64,000 nucleotides of DNA, from positions 1 through 64,000 of the forward strand of contig MCFE01000329.1 in NCBI GenBank assembly GCA_002104905.1, in the 5' to 3' direction. Origin of the DNA: Basidiobolus meristosporus CBS 931.73. Taxonomy: Eukaryota; Fungi; Basidiobolomycota. Shown piece by piece: positions 1-12,330 of this stretch. Position numbers and translations under genes: made by a program. Numbering within the stretch: position 1 is the first letter of the stretch; each line of letters begins with the position of its first letter. The notes below the pieces were generated by a model. It was given only the letters and a program-made list of their open reading frames with translations. It ran no database searches and was not told the DNA's origin.

Positions 1-46
1 CTTTTCACCTTTAAAAAATTAGAATATTATGCTCTGCTGCCTGAAT

Positions 47-190
47 CTTTGGGCTGAATCAGTGCTTAGTCAAGTAAGTCAGTTGCTGATTAGCCTAATA
101 GTATATCAGAGTTATGTATGAAATTGGTATCATTGTTCAGCAGATTAATCAGCAGGTCCTTATTGGACAGATATAGACATAAAAGTAAGT
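47..190 (+). repeat. Degenerate Gypsy-A LTR fragment, opposite orientation to the adjacent copy
   Basis: 121-171 (aaattggtatcattgttcagcagattaatcagcaggtccttattggacaga) matches the reverse complement of the middle of the LTRs at 13068 and 17437. Boundaries approximate. Confidence 0.6.
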
Positions 191-215
191 TCAAGTTTGG
201 TGACAATGATACAGC

Positions 216-535
216 TGTTACAAGTCTTAGTATAAGAGTTGTAGAGGAATAGGGAGTTTAGCTAGTATTGTATTCACTAAAACTTGAACTATTCTTCATT
301 GAGGTTCCAGCAGCTCCATATATACATATTTGCCAGATCAATTGCTCACTAATTGTATATCCTAATGTAAGTTGTGGCTAATGATTCATTTGATTGCATC
401 ATCATGACCCAATGAGATCCTACTTGATATATCTACTCCTGTATGCTAAGGATCTGCTGATTCATCTGCTGACTAATGCTACTGATTTGATTGATAAAAC
501 TGAAATACTGACTTGGCTAAATATACAGAAGCAGT
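216..535 (-). repeat. Gypsy-A family LTR, truncated
   Basis: Starts tgttacaagtcttagtataagagttgtagagg and is collinear with LTR 17437-17804 for about 320 bp. Confidence 0.8.
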
Positions 536-539
536 GCCA

Positions 540-1830
540 ATAGAAATAGACACTATGCAGAACAATCCCACCTTAGAAGTATGTAAGAAGAAAGGATCTT
601 GCCTTAATTGCCACTAGCAAGGACATATTGCAAAGTGCTGCCCTCAAAGAGGAATTGGACACCAGTCAACAAGACCTTCAGCTGCATTGAAGCACTTAAG
701 CATAGTAACATAGAGGACAAACACAAAGAGGACTTAGAATTCACCTTCCATTTGTCATCAAACTCAGGAAAGCTATTATACTGAATGGAGTAATCAATGG
801 AGTACCTGCCAAGACTATGGTTGACTGAGGAGCATCATATAAGAATATGTCAAAGCAATTTGCCTTGAAAGCTGGAATTAACTCAGAACCCTCCAAATCA
901 ACTTCAGTTTCAAAAGCTGATGGAAGTTCTCACATAATCAGCAGTTATGTTCAGCCAGTGAGGACAAAGAGCAATGACTATGTAGCAGACCATAGGCCAG
1001 TACCCACAAAGATCCAGACTCTTTTGAAGGAATGTTCAGGTACATTTCCAGATGAGCTTGTTATCATACTACCAGTCAGAGACATGAAATATAGTATTGA
1101 CATGGGAGATAGCTCACTGTTGGGTAGGGCACCTTACCAAATGGGTTCATTGGAACTGAAATAGATGGAGAGACAAATAGATCAGTTATTGGAGCCAGGA
1201 TAAATCAGACTTAGCATGTCACCTTGGGGAGCACCAGGGCTTTTGTGAATCAGAAGGAAGGAACACTTAGGATGTGCAGTGACAACAGAGCCCCTGACTC
1301 AGCTATCATGAAGAATCAGAACCTCATACCTTAGATTGCTGAGCCTTTGGACAAACTCAATGGAGCCACCATATCAGCAAGATTGACCTCATATTAGAAA
1401 CAATGAGCTTAGGGTGAAACCAATAGTCATCCCTAAGACATTACACTACACTACAATTGCCATTTCACTTGGTGTATAGATGCGTAGCAAGGATTCCAGT
1501 AAGTCTCATATAATCAATGCTTGCAGACATCTTGAAGGATGAGCTCAGTCAGCTAAGTAGACACTAGCAGGTGAGATAAGGAGGTTAAGAGGCACAGACC
1601 AAATTTTTAAAGAGTGCCAAGACAACATAGCAGAGATTTGATGTGACTATATCACCCAAAGCATTGACAGTTGTGGTCTTTGGGTTTCTGAGTAACAACA
1701 AGCAGAAGAAACTTGAGCTACAATGGACAGGACCTTATTTGATCATCTGAGAATATGTATTTGCAACTTCCCAACTAATAGACAAGCAAGTTAACATCAG
1801 AGAAGATTTAGCTCACAGAGACCAACTTAT
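540..1830 (+). pseudogene. Heavily deleted Gypsy-A internal relic (zinc knuckle, protease, RT start, integrase end)
   Basis: ORF 847-1164 (SKQFALKAG...FPDELV..P.VRDM..IDMGDS) parallels 16731-16030 of the full element. 1515-1570 and 1660-1800 match the reverse complement of its integrase 3' end. Confidence 0.75.
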
Positions 1831-1863
1831 GCTTGCAGGGCTTACCAACAAATATTTGATATA

Positions 1864-2112
1864 GGTAGTGTCAAGGTTGTGTCACATATAAGACAAGCCC
1901 CTACAGATCAGTTCACTGCACACTTATATATCATCTGTAACACCAGTACAGCTCTCTGAACTGTTTTACTGCTACTCTATTTTCTCATGCTAGCTACTTC
2001 TTCTTTTTTGATAGCCAAAATCAGGGATTTACTTGCTCAACAGAAAAATCAGATATTTTAGGACAAATCAGGTAGCTTGGGCAGTGGTGCCGATGCCAAT
2101 TGGGGGTTCACA
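1864..2112. repeat. LTR-like repeat F (~250 bp), copy 1
   Basis: Homologous to the reverse complement of 19914-20161 (shared gttgtgtcaca, gtaacaccagtacagct, aattggggg.tcaca). No TSD found. Confidence 0.5.
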
Positions 2113-3195
2113 GCTTTAGGATACTCTAGACCTGTCCACAATTGACATACTCTCCAGTTAAAATGCCAGTGACCAAAATTGTAAGTATCAGCATAATTCC
2201 AAGTATTATATGCACTTACTTACATGTAGATTAAAGAAACAAATCCAAGTAGCAGACTTAACCTGCCATAAAAGTGGGTGCACATGATATGCAAGTATTT
2301 CAAGTTGGCATTATCATCTGTTCCAACATCATTGTATCAAATTGTAACTTAATTTGCATGATTAACACATATGATGCAACACTGTCCTAGAGAAATCTTG
2401 CCTACGGGAAGTTGTTGTGGGAGTTTTTGGGTTACCATCACATCCTCAACAGTAGTTGGTACACCCACATATTCCATTTCATCCACCAGCAGAGTCAAAC
2501 TGTATATTAGATCTTTCATTTCTTCTCCTGGCAGCATCTGTGTAGTGAAGAATACTTGTCTATGATTTGTTTTCTTGTCAGCTGAACATGACTGGTAAGT
2601 GTCTTCTAATGCCCTCAAAGCATTCTTTACTATCTTTGCTCTTGAGCATTGAATTAGCAACTTGTCTTTGACATTAAGGCAAATAGAGTTGAAGGAACTT
2701 AGTTCTTTCTGCTAGTACTTTATGCTTTCTTCCCCTACATTTTGAGAGGTGCATCCTACTCCATGACAATATACAAAAGGCCTCTTTTGTGTAGCAGCAT
2801 CTTTATCTTCCCCTTTCACACATGGTTGTCAGTGTTGCAATTTAAGAAGTGATTTGGATATAAGGAACTTATCAAGAAATAGTGATAATAGTTGAACTGT
2901 TGTTTATTCATAAAGAAGCTCAGTATTTATACCTTTGTAGAAGTAATACAGCTGCAACACTAAGTAGGGAGGGTTTCTCAATATTCAGGAGCATTCTGTA
3001 ACAGTTTCAGGGTTAGTACATAATGTTTAGTAATAGTGCTAATTTGATCCTGACTATAGAGGAATAATCATAAGATCATATATCTGGAGAAAGTGGCGAA
3101 GTTAAGGCAGTAAATGAGTCCTACAGTGACTAAGACTAGCCTAGAATTGTTAAGTAAATTTTTAGCTGCTGAATGATACCAAATAGTCCAATATT

Positions 3196-6100
3196 TCAAC
3201 ACTCCCCCTCAACTAAATAAATTCTTAATCCCAATTTCTCTCTAAGGATCTCAAACTGTGGCCTAGCTAGTGGTTTTGTCAATACATCTGCCACCATTTT
3301 GTCAGTTGGGCAGTAAACCAGCTCCACTAAGTTATTTTCTACAGCTTCCCCCACAAAGTGATGCTGTATATCAATGTGCTTAGTTCTGGCATGATTAGTA
3401 GGATCTCTAGCTAATGAAATACAACTTTGATTATCCTTGTAAATACATGTTGGTTCACCTGTATTAAAACCTAAGTCTTTGAGTAATTCCATAGCCATAT
3501 AGCCTCCTTAGCTGCTTGACATGCTGCCATATATTTGGCTTCAGTTGTACATAGTGCCACAGTTGGTTGTTTCTTGCAATTCCATGTAATAGCTGCACCA
3601 GCATAAAGAAATACATAGCCTGTGGTAGAGCGTCTGTCAATCAGATCCCTACCCCAATCTGAATCACTATAACCATCAAATTTTCACCTATTAGCTGCTC
3701 CAGAGTATTCCAGTACCATATTTATGGTACCTTGTAGATATCTGAAAATCCACTTAACTGCTGCAATTTGACCTGATCCATAATTCTGCATGAATTGACT
3801 GTCTATTCCAACTGCTATTGCAATATCTGGACGTGTAGACACCGTCAAGTATATTAGGCTACCAACCATTGATTGATAGGGAAAGTTTTGGTCCATATTT
3901 GAGCCGTTTTCATCTATAACTGGCTGAGATTTGCTTATTTTCAGGTTATTGTCCACAGGGGTTGCTGCAGGTTTGCAATTTTACATTTTGAAGCATCTAA
4001 GAATGTCCCTGATGTACTTAAACTGATTCTGCACAATTTTCTGCGTAGGTATGTCCAATTTGACCTCAATTCCAAGAAGATAGATCAATTTTCCAAGATC
4101 TTTCATCTCAAACTTGCTGAAGAGATCTGATTTCGTCTGTTTAAGTGCCTCTTGATCACTTGTAGCTATAATTAGGTTGTCCACATAAAGAACTAGGATG
4201 CTCACACCCTTTTTGAGCTGTTTCATATATATACAGTGATCTGCAGTGCTACAAGAGAACCCAATTTACTTTAGATATGTGTCAATCTTGTTATACCATG
4301 CTCTGGGTGCCTGCTTTAGCCCATACAATGATTTTCTAAGTTTGCACACCTTATGGGGGCCTTTTGGATTGGTAAAACCTTCTGGTTGCTCCATATATAA
4401 AATTACTTGCAAATCCCCAACTAGAAAGGCTGTTTTGACATCCATTTGGTGTAGATCTAGACTGTGTACAGCTGCCAGGGCTAGAACTGTCCTAATAGAG
4501 TTAAACTTGGCAACTGGAGCAAATGTTTCCTTAAAGTCAAGTCCCTGGATCTGGGAATAGACTTTAGCTACTAATCTAGCCTTGTACTTATCAACAGCAC
4601 CATTTGAGGTTATCTTGATCTTGTAGACCCATCTACATCCTGTTGGCTTTCTCCCATTTGGTAAATCTACCAGTTCCCACGTTTTTGCCTTGATAAGTGA
4701 TAGGTACTCCTCCTGCATGGCTTGTTGCCACTTAGTAGCATCTGGACCTTGCATTTCCTGTTCCAGATTCTGAGGTTCGGCACATAAGGCAAGATAAGCT
4801 TCTTCATGATCATTGGATGTCTGCCACCAGGATCCAGGGGCATTTCTTATTCTGGTAGATCTCCTAACTGGGATAACTAACCTAACCCTAATCTGTTCTG
4901 ATCTGGAACTGGTAGAAGTATCTTCCATCTCTGGCTGGATTTGGTACGTATCTTCTTCATTTGTGTTGATTGCATCATCAGGCAGCTGGCCAATGATTTC
5001 CGTGGCTTTCTGATCTGAATTCTCCTCAAATACAACGTCCCTGCTCTTGATCAGCTTCTGAATTTTGCCATCATACACTCTATACCCTTTAGTATCTTCA
5101 CAATACCCAAGAAAGATCCCTTTCCTACTCTTTGGTTCCAACTTTGAGTGTTTTTTGTCAGGGATATGATAAAAAACATCACTGCCAAAGATCCTGAGGT
5201 GCTGGAGATCTGGTTTTTTGCCTGTATATGCTTGAAAGGGTGTAGAATTACGTAGTGCTGTTGTTGGGCATCTGTTCTTGATGTATACAGCGGTAGCAAC
5301 AGATTCAGCCCAAAACTTGTAGTGCATTCCCTTATCATGTAGCATAGATCTTCCCATCTCTACTATTGTTCTATTTGCATGTTCTGCTACTCCATTTTGC
5401 TGTGGAGTATGAGGAACTGTGGCTTGTTGAAGTATACCAGTAGACAAGCATTATTTTGCCAACTCCTTTGAGCAGTATTCTGCTCCATTGTCACTTTGTA
5501 GTACCTTCAATTTACACCCAGTTTGTGTTTCTGCCATGTTCTTGAAGTGCTTAAACGTCTCTAAAGCTTTGTCCTTTGTTTCAAGGAAGTACACCCATGT
5601 ATATCTTGTCTTGTCATCAATAAACGTCACAAAGTATCTCTTGGCTCCAAAGGCCAGTGTTCTCATGGGGCCACATATGTCTGAGTGTACAACAGCCAAT
5701 ATTTTGGTGGTATTGATGCCTTCTGAGCTCTTGAAACGTTGCCTAGCTTGTTTGCCATATGAACATCCCTTACAAACATTCAGTTTGATTGGAATTGAGT
5801 AGACTTGTTCCGTTGGATAGTGCCACATTGAGCCATGAGTGCCAAATAGTGCCATAGTGTGCCTGAGAGTCATAGCAGACCTAAACTTGGCCACAGAGTG
5901 TGACATATAGTTCTGCATATTCATGCAAAGCAGCCCCTGTGTTTCACCTACAGTGCAGGAGAAAATCAATTTTTTAACCTTTTTTTTGGGATCAAAATTG
6001 TGCATGACATAACAGAGCACAGACAGACTGAAGATATACATCTGGTACACAATACCCATGGCACTCTAAATTTAGCCCCACTGGCTTGTAGCATGTCACA

Positions 6101-7774
6101 AAAATGCATGGCACTATCTTGGTCCACTGGTACTATCTGGCACTATAAGTGCTTTGTATAGGTTTTACTTTAGGGCTAATATTTAAATATAGTGCCAGAT
6201 AGTACCAGTGGACCAAGATAGTGCCATGCATTTTTGTGACATGCTACAAGCCAGTGGGGCTAAATTTAGAGTGCCATGGGTATTGTGTACCAGATGTATA
6301 TCTTCAGTCTGTCTGTGCTCTGTTATGTCATGCACAATTTTGATCCCAAAAAAAAGGTTAAAAAATTGATTTTCTCCTGCACTGTAGGTGAAACACAGGG
6401 GCTGCTTTGCATGAATATGCAGAACTATATGTCACACTCTGTGGCCAAGTTTAGGTCTGCTATGACTCTCAGGCACACTATGGCACTATTTGGCACTCAT
6501 GGCTCAATGTGGCACTATCCAACGGAACAAGTCTAGTATCTTAGGCCCAAAACAAGCTGATTTTTCACCAATTGGCTCATTTTCTGTTCCCCTATGTGTC
6601 CTAGCCTCCTATGCCATGTCTCCCAGTTGGTTTCATCAGTTTCAGCAATGTTGACATACTCAGGTACAATGATCTTGCATTGTAACTTGTATATATTGTG
6701 ATCTCTGATTCCCAAAGCTAATTTTTGTCCATTTTCACTCAATATTGAGCAGCTCAGCTTAGTAAAAACAAATTTCAGTCCCTGAGTAGTTGCTTTACTG
6801 ATTGAGAGTAGGTTCTTAGCTATTCCAGGTACATAGAGTATGTCAGTCAGTTTTGCTGTTGTTGCCCCTGAGTTATCACTCATATTTAGTTGTATAGACC
6901 CACTGGCAGTAGCTTCCAATGCAGAGTTATCTCCCAGATAAACCTTTCCTACGGGAATAGTCTTTAAGTTGCTGAACCAATCCTTTATACCACAAATATG
7001 CTGTGATGCTCCAGAGTCAATATACCATTCATTACTTTGGTTACTTGCACTCTCTTGTACAGTTACAAATAGCAGTTCATCAGTAGTTATATGGTTTGCC
7101 TGCTCTAGCTTCTGTTTTTTGTCTGCTTGTTTCTTCTTGCATTCTCTTGCCCAGTGTCCTGGCTTCTTACAGTAGTTACAACAGCCAGGTTTTCTTTGGT
7201 TTTGTTGCTTTCCCTTCTTTTCTGTATACCTTTCTGAGCTGAATAAAGCATTATCTTCAATTTTCTCTGCTTGATCATTACGTCTGAGTTCTTCATGGAG
7301 AGGTCTTCCTTTGACATAGTCTAAAGTCAAGTTGTCTTCTCTGCTTTCAAAAGAAAGTATGAGTGGCTCATACTTGTCTGGTAGGCTGCAAAGCAGACAG
7401 AGTAACTTTTCTTCATCATCTACACCAGCATTAATACTGTAAAGTTCTTCTGCAAGTGTCTCCATTCTGGTAATGAGTTGTAGCATGTCATCATCTGGCT
7501 TTTTTCTCATGTTGAAGAACTTTTGTTTCAAATAAAGCTTGCTTGATACTAACTTTGCTCTAAAGATCTTCTCTAAGGATTCCCATGCTGCTTTGGCAGT
7601 ATTTGAGGCATGGATTTGTCCAATGAAGGAGTCTTGCACATTGATGCATATGGCATTGAAGGCCATTCTCTCCTTCTCTTGAAATTTCTCCACATCTTCT
7701 GCTGTTCCTTTTGGCTCAACTTCCTTTCCCGTTATTATGTTCCAAAGCTTTCTTTCCTCAAGGTGGATCTGCAT
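3196..7774 (-). pseudogene. Copia-B gag-pol (fragments 6533-7774, 5451-5800, 4266-5447, 3981-4226, 3684-3956, 3196-3498)
   Basis: CNYCKKPGHWAREC knuckle; WYIDSGASQH protease; WHRRLGH; VHSDICGP and SDNGAEY integrase; LHQMDVKTAFL and LYVDNL RT; KHIDIQHHF RNase H. Several stops and frameshifts plus a foldback insertion. Confidence 0.92.
5801..6534. mobile_element. 734-bp non-autonomous foldback DNA element, copy 1 (PIF/Harbinger/PHIS-like MITE)
   Basis: Arms 5801-6147 and 6188-6534 are reverse complements with no mismatch found by eye. 40-bp spacer. Ends AGACTTGTTCCGTT...AACGGAACAAGTCT. Flanks AGT/AGT. Removing it plus one AGT restores the pol frame GLRYSIPIKLNVC. Confidence 0.9.
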
Positions 7775-8799
7775 CTTGATTCTCTAAAGTCTGTAGTTCT
7801 TCCTATCAAACCCCTTCTTTACAGCAAGATGCTTGTATTGCTTTGTTTGCTGGTAGAAGGCATCTTTAGAATAGATTAAGGCAATTGGGGCTCATAATCT
7901 GTTCTAATTTAAGAAGTGATTTGGATATAAGGAACTTATCAGGAAATAGTGATAATTGTTGAACTGTTGTTTATTCATAAAGAAGCTCAGTATATATACC
8001 GTTGTAGAAGTAATACAGCTGCAACACTAAGTAGGGAGGGTTTCTCAATATTCAGGAGCATTCTGTAACAGTTTCAGGGTTAGTGCATAATGTTTGGTAA
8101 TAGTGCTAATTTGATCCTGACTATAGAGGAATAATCATAAGATCATATATCTGGAGAAAGTGGCAAAGTTAAGGCAGTAAGTGAGCCGTACAGTGACTAA
8201 GACTGGCCTAGAATTGTTAAGTAAATTTTTAGCTGCTGAATGATACCAAATAGTCCAATATTTCAACAGTTAGATCCTTCCAACTGTTCAGCATAGTTAA
8301 GATTCCAGTAATAACAGTAGTGGACATTGCCCAGAGTGACAGCCTGGGGCTCATGTCCTATTGTAAGTGCCTTGGAGATATTGGAAGTGACTGGGAGAAC
8401 AAGTAGATTTTGTGGTTTTCACTCAATGAATTGATGAATGTTAAGCTGTAGCTTATGCTGTACATAGTCTTGGAATAAATAAAACACATAGAGTAGGTGT
8501 AGGAAGGTCCCAAGAACATGTGCTCAGAATTTGCGGCTGTTTGGACAACTTTCAGAACTTTCATGTTTTGGGTCCCTGCTATCTTGATGGAAATATTCCC
8601 AGTAAGTCCCAACAAGGATCTTGGTCAGTATTCTTTGGATTCAAAGGTAATGACCTAACTGACCAAGCTAGGTGAATATTTAGGTGGAACTTCAAATTTT
8701 TACTACAGAAGAAACTACAATTCACCTAGCTGTTGTTAATGACTGCAGCTTGTGCAGCATACCCTGGCATACTACAGTGGGGCAAGTCTATAATATACA

Positions 8800-9930
8800 C
8801 AATTGGTATGGGCTTTTTGGAACTGAAGAATTATATAGCCTTTTAAGTACCAGTGCTTGATGGCCCAGAATAAAACAGGATTTTGAAAAGCTAGTATTTT
8901 CACTTAAACTGCCAATTCAACCAGGGCCAATCACAGAATATTGCCAGACTGTTCCCATCAGAACTTGCCAGACCAATTGAGAGATGGAGAGTTGACTCTA
9001 CTGGATGACAGCCCACCACTAGAAAATGCAATAGGTGGATCTTTGTAGCTATTGACCGTGCAATCAAGTGGCCACTTGCTAAAGCTATACCAGTAGTCAT
9101 CAGCAATAAACCACAGGTATTGCCTACCATGAAATTTGGATGATGTTAGGATATTGCATAGAAATCTTGTTTGGTTGAGAAGCAAACTTTATGGCAAGGA
9201 CACTGGTAACTACCAGTCAATGAAGCAGATCATGTTGCAATTTAGCAAGGGTATTGGATATAAGGAACCTATCACAAAATAATGATAATAGTGAAACTGT
9301 TGTTTGTCCATAAAGAAGCTCAGTACCTATACCCTGGTAGAAGTAATACAACTGTAACACTAAGTAAGGAGGGTTTCTCAATATTATGGAGCATTCTCTA
9401 ACAGTTTCAGGGTTGGTACATAATGACTGGAGAAAGTGCTAATTTAATCATTACTATAGGGATCTGAAGAAAGTGGCAGAGTCAGGGCTGCAAGTTAGTC
9501 CTACTGTAACCAACACTAGTCCGCAATTGTTAAGTAAATATCTTGCTGCTGAATGATGCCAAATAGCTCAATATTTCAACAGATCATACACTTGAAAGCT
9601 TTGGCACACCACCCTACAACTAATAGAGTCACAGGGTGGTTTGATGGACAATATGACCAAATGCTGACCAAGAATGTAAATAGTACTGACAGTATATGAG
9701 ACAAGTGCATAGACCAAGCATTGCTTGCCTCCTGAGTTACAGTGCATGACACTACCCAACCATGGCCATTTTACCTAGCAAATGGATGTGAGCCAAGGAT
9801 TACAGGAGATCCCTCATAACCATAGCTCACATATACATTGGAGAACAAACTAAATCAGCTAAGCAGATGCCTGCAACTGGAACAAAGATGTCAAGCAGTG
9901 TGGTAGTGAAAGTCAAAGTGAGAGCCATGA
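8800..9930 (+). pseudogene. Degenerate Gypsy-A integrase relic
   Basis: Translates to decayed matches of WPRMKQD, ERWGIDF, VAIDHATKWP and MQQIRHLKTLAYHPQTN from ORF 13749-14687. Confidence 0.75.
9233..9581 (-). repeat. Solo LTR of a Copia-B subfamily
   Basis: tgttgcaattt...atatttcaaca, collinear with the B LTRs. Perfect 5-bp TSD GATCA at 9228-9232 and 9582-9586. Confidence 0.9.
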
Positions 9931-9954
9931 CAAGCACTTCTCAAGTATTTTGGG

Positions 9955-10970
9955 TAGAGGGTCCACTGGGTGCAATAACCTCTGGCAAAGCTTGCTTGGA
10001 ATACTTGGGTTGTGTCTCTACTCTAAGGTGAAGAGGAATATAACCACAAGCTTGTGAAGGGAAGACTATTGAGCTAACATCCCAAGCTTGTTTGGTGTCT
10101 TAACAACAGTTTGTACTGGGTTCAGCATCCTTCTACATGACAATGTACCAAGGCTTCCAAAGTCAAAAAAACTGTAAACTCTACCAGCAGGGACTTAATC
10201 AGAATACAGCTGTGGTAAACTGTTACAAAGATAGTGCATCATCTTTACCTGTACAAGAACAAACTTTGGAAAGAATCAAATACCACAAAAGTTGTTTACT
10301 CTGAGTATTCCTCACAAGTAGTGCCTTCAAGGTCAGTTCACTGTCAACACAATTTCCTGGGAGTGTCCTGTGGTCTAAGATTGGATGTTCAGGTAGCAGC
10401 AGGTAGCGGTGATCACACTAATCTACAAGTTGGTAAATTGTTAAAAGGGATGATGATTTACTGCTCAAGAATTGTCTCCTTTGTATACTATTTTCACTGG
10501 CTAAGTAATTGCTAATCATTGTGTTCCAGATGGTTCCAAAGATCAATAGCAAACTGAATGATATCAGAATGAGCTAACAATGTTCTAAGTAGATGCTGGA
10601 AGGTCCTAAGAGGTAAAGCACCTCCACCTATTCAGGGATCAGTATTTGGAGACCTGTGTAGCATTGGAATGTCATAAATGGAAAAAAAATGGTACGGATG
10701 GTGTCACAGATTAATCATATGTCACAGATCCTGGAGCAGGTACTTGCCTCATATTGAAGGACTTACATCTAGTAATCTCACAGAGAGTCATGGGTAACTT
10801 ATGTAATAGATAAGCAGGTATTGTAGTTAACTAGCTTATAGGATATTACTGATCAGATATGACAAACGTGATAAAGCTAAAATAAGGGTAGTAAAGAGAT
10901 AAGGATGTACAGAATATGGGAATGGGCACATCTGTCAGTGGGAGTCACTTTGACCCCACTACAGTAGTAC
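9955..10970 (-). repeat. Repeat family E relic, copy 1 (class unresolved)
   Basis: Reverse complement matches 21547-22560 in several blocks (tgtagtggggtca.agtgac; gtattcctcacaagtagtgcc; cactgggtgcaataacctctggcaaa). Confidence 0.55.
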
Positions 10971-11013
10971 AGGCCAAGGTGTCTAAAGGCACAAAAAAGA
11001 TGAAGCAAAGATC

Positions 11014-12330
11014 AGATGTGTTCTGTGTGAAAGTCTCACATAGTGCCAGCCTGTTGATAGTGCCAGATTGATCTGCCACTCTATGGCAATCTCTGGCACC
11101 AAAATTTCAGCTAAAATGTTAGCAAAAAAATACATTTACTGGCTTTTTCACTGAAGCTTTCTGTTAGTGCAAGGAATAGTGCTTCTTTCACTTTGTTCAC
11201 TCTTGATAGTGCTCCAGACACATTTTCTGGGTGTATGTCCTCTTGTATGTATACAATATACACTTGTAAGTATTGTGACCACTTTACCTTTTTTGCTGTT
11301 TTCCCCTATACATGATTTTTCTTGGCATTCATCTGCCAATATGATGAATCTCTTTATATATCCAAATGTATGCTCTACTCTCACTCTAAAGTAATCATAA
11401 ATCTTGTTGTAAAGCTTCTGTTTCCTGCAGGGCTCCCCATTCCTTGGCCCCCTACAAGCTGTAGTACATCAAATCCCTGGCAATCCTCTCCTATATCCTC
11501 TATATGCAATGTAGCATTCTCCACTCTGCTGAATTCCAAATGATTCTCTATCAAATGCGCTTTGTTTTGCCCAACTCTAGCAAACAGCCTGCTAAACCAG
11601 ATGGCGTTACCCTCAATGTCAGACAGAGCTTCAGATTTTACACAATGTGCCTTGTATGTGGTAGAATAAAGTGCCTTTGCCCTCAAGAATATCTGATAAG
11701 CCCTGTTGGGACAGCACTCAAATTACTCCTGATATAAAACATGTTGCTGGTCACTTGGGAATATTGATTTCTTTAGAGCTTCTCAGCTAACTATTCCAAG
11801 CTTGTTCCAGGTTGTACATATACTCTGCAAGGTGGTTCAATTGTAGTCAAAAGGGAATGAAGGCCGCTAGGACTTTTGTTGCCATGAATGGTGGGAACAA
11901 ACCTTGTAGGCAATAGCTCTTGTAAAAGCAGAGAGCATTACAATGCAACTCCTTGAGTAGACAGTTCACAGTACTTGGTATAGATCTCCTCAAGTGTAAT
12001 AGACCAAATTCAGTGCTGGTGATGGGATTGATGAGAAAAGATCATCCAGATGAGTTGGTTGTATTATAATTGGTAAGTGATCAAATTGGAATAAGTTGAG
12101 TTGATTTGGTGCAATAAGCTTCATTTATCTATTTTCCATGCATTTTGAATAAGTCCCCACCAATCACCATTTATCCCATCATTAGGTTGCAAAATCATCC
12201 CAAAACAATGACATGATAATTTTATTGTTGAATCACTCTCAAGTGTGTAAAGAGATGTAGATCTGCAATTAGTGTGATTTGATCCATATCATTGCAATCT
12301 AAGATGCAGCATGTGCAATGTATGCAAACT
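11014..12330 (-). pseudogene. Decayed PIF/Harbinger-type (DDE_Tnp_4-like) transposase with a TIR-like end at 11014
   Basis: Across frames on the minus strand: CFISGVI*, KALYSTTYKAHCVKSEALSDIEGNAIWFSRLF, ECYIAYRGY..CRGPR, QKLYNKIYDYFRVRVEHTFGYIKRFIIL..TILTSVYCIH. This follows the family motif order GxID / YSxxKxxH / YYLxDxGY / YNxxHxxxRxxVExxFGxLKxRFxIL / LHN. Confidence 0.6.

Larger units (their letters stand above)
2833..8268 (-). mobile_element. Full-length Ty1/copia LTR retrotransposon, family B (inactivated)
   Basis: 369-bp TG..CA LTRs at 2833-3201 and 7900-8268 (about 13 differences). PPT complement ctccccctcaact at 3202. PBS 7885-7899. TSD GTCAG/GTTAG. Domain order gag-PR-IN-RT-RH. Confidence 0.95.
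2150..8707 (-). mobile_element. Copia-C relic (5' LTR 8359-8707, PBS, gag) split by insertion of Copia-B
   Basis: ORF 2349-2660 (LIQCSRAK..ALEDTYQSCSA) matches gag 39938-40843. 8269-8358 continues the same gag start and PBS. 8359-8707 matches C LTR 40716-41047. Confidence 0.8.

Noticed and set aside
6276-6536. MGIVYQMYIF... peptide appearing on both strands and again near 36741
   Set aside because: It is a by-product of the palindrome. It has no recognisable motif and is truncated differently in copy 2.
5797-6538. TA (Tc1/mariner) or 5-bp TSD for the foldback element
   Set aside because: A TA TSD leaves an extra codon in both hosts and a 5-bp TSD needs a mismatch (GAGTA/TAGTA). The 3-bp ANT model is symmetric and mismatch-free in both copies.
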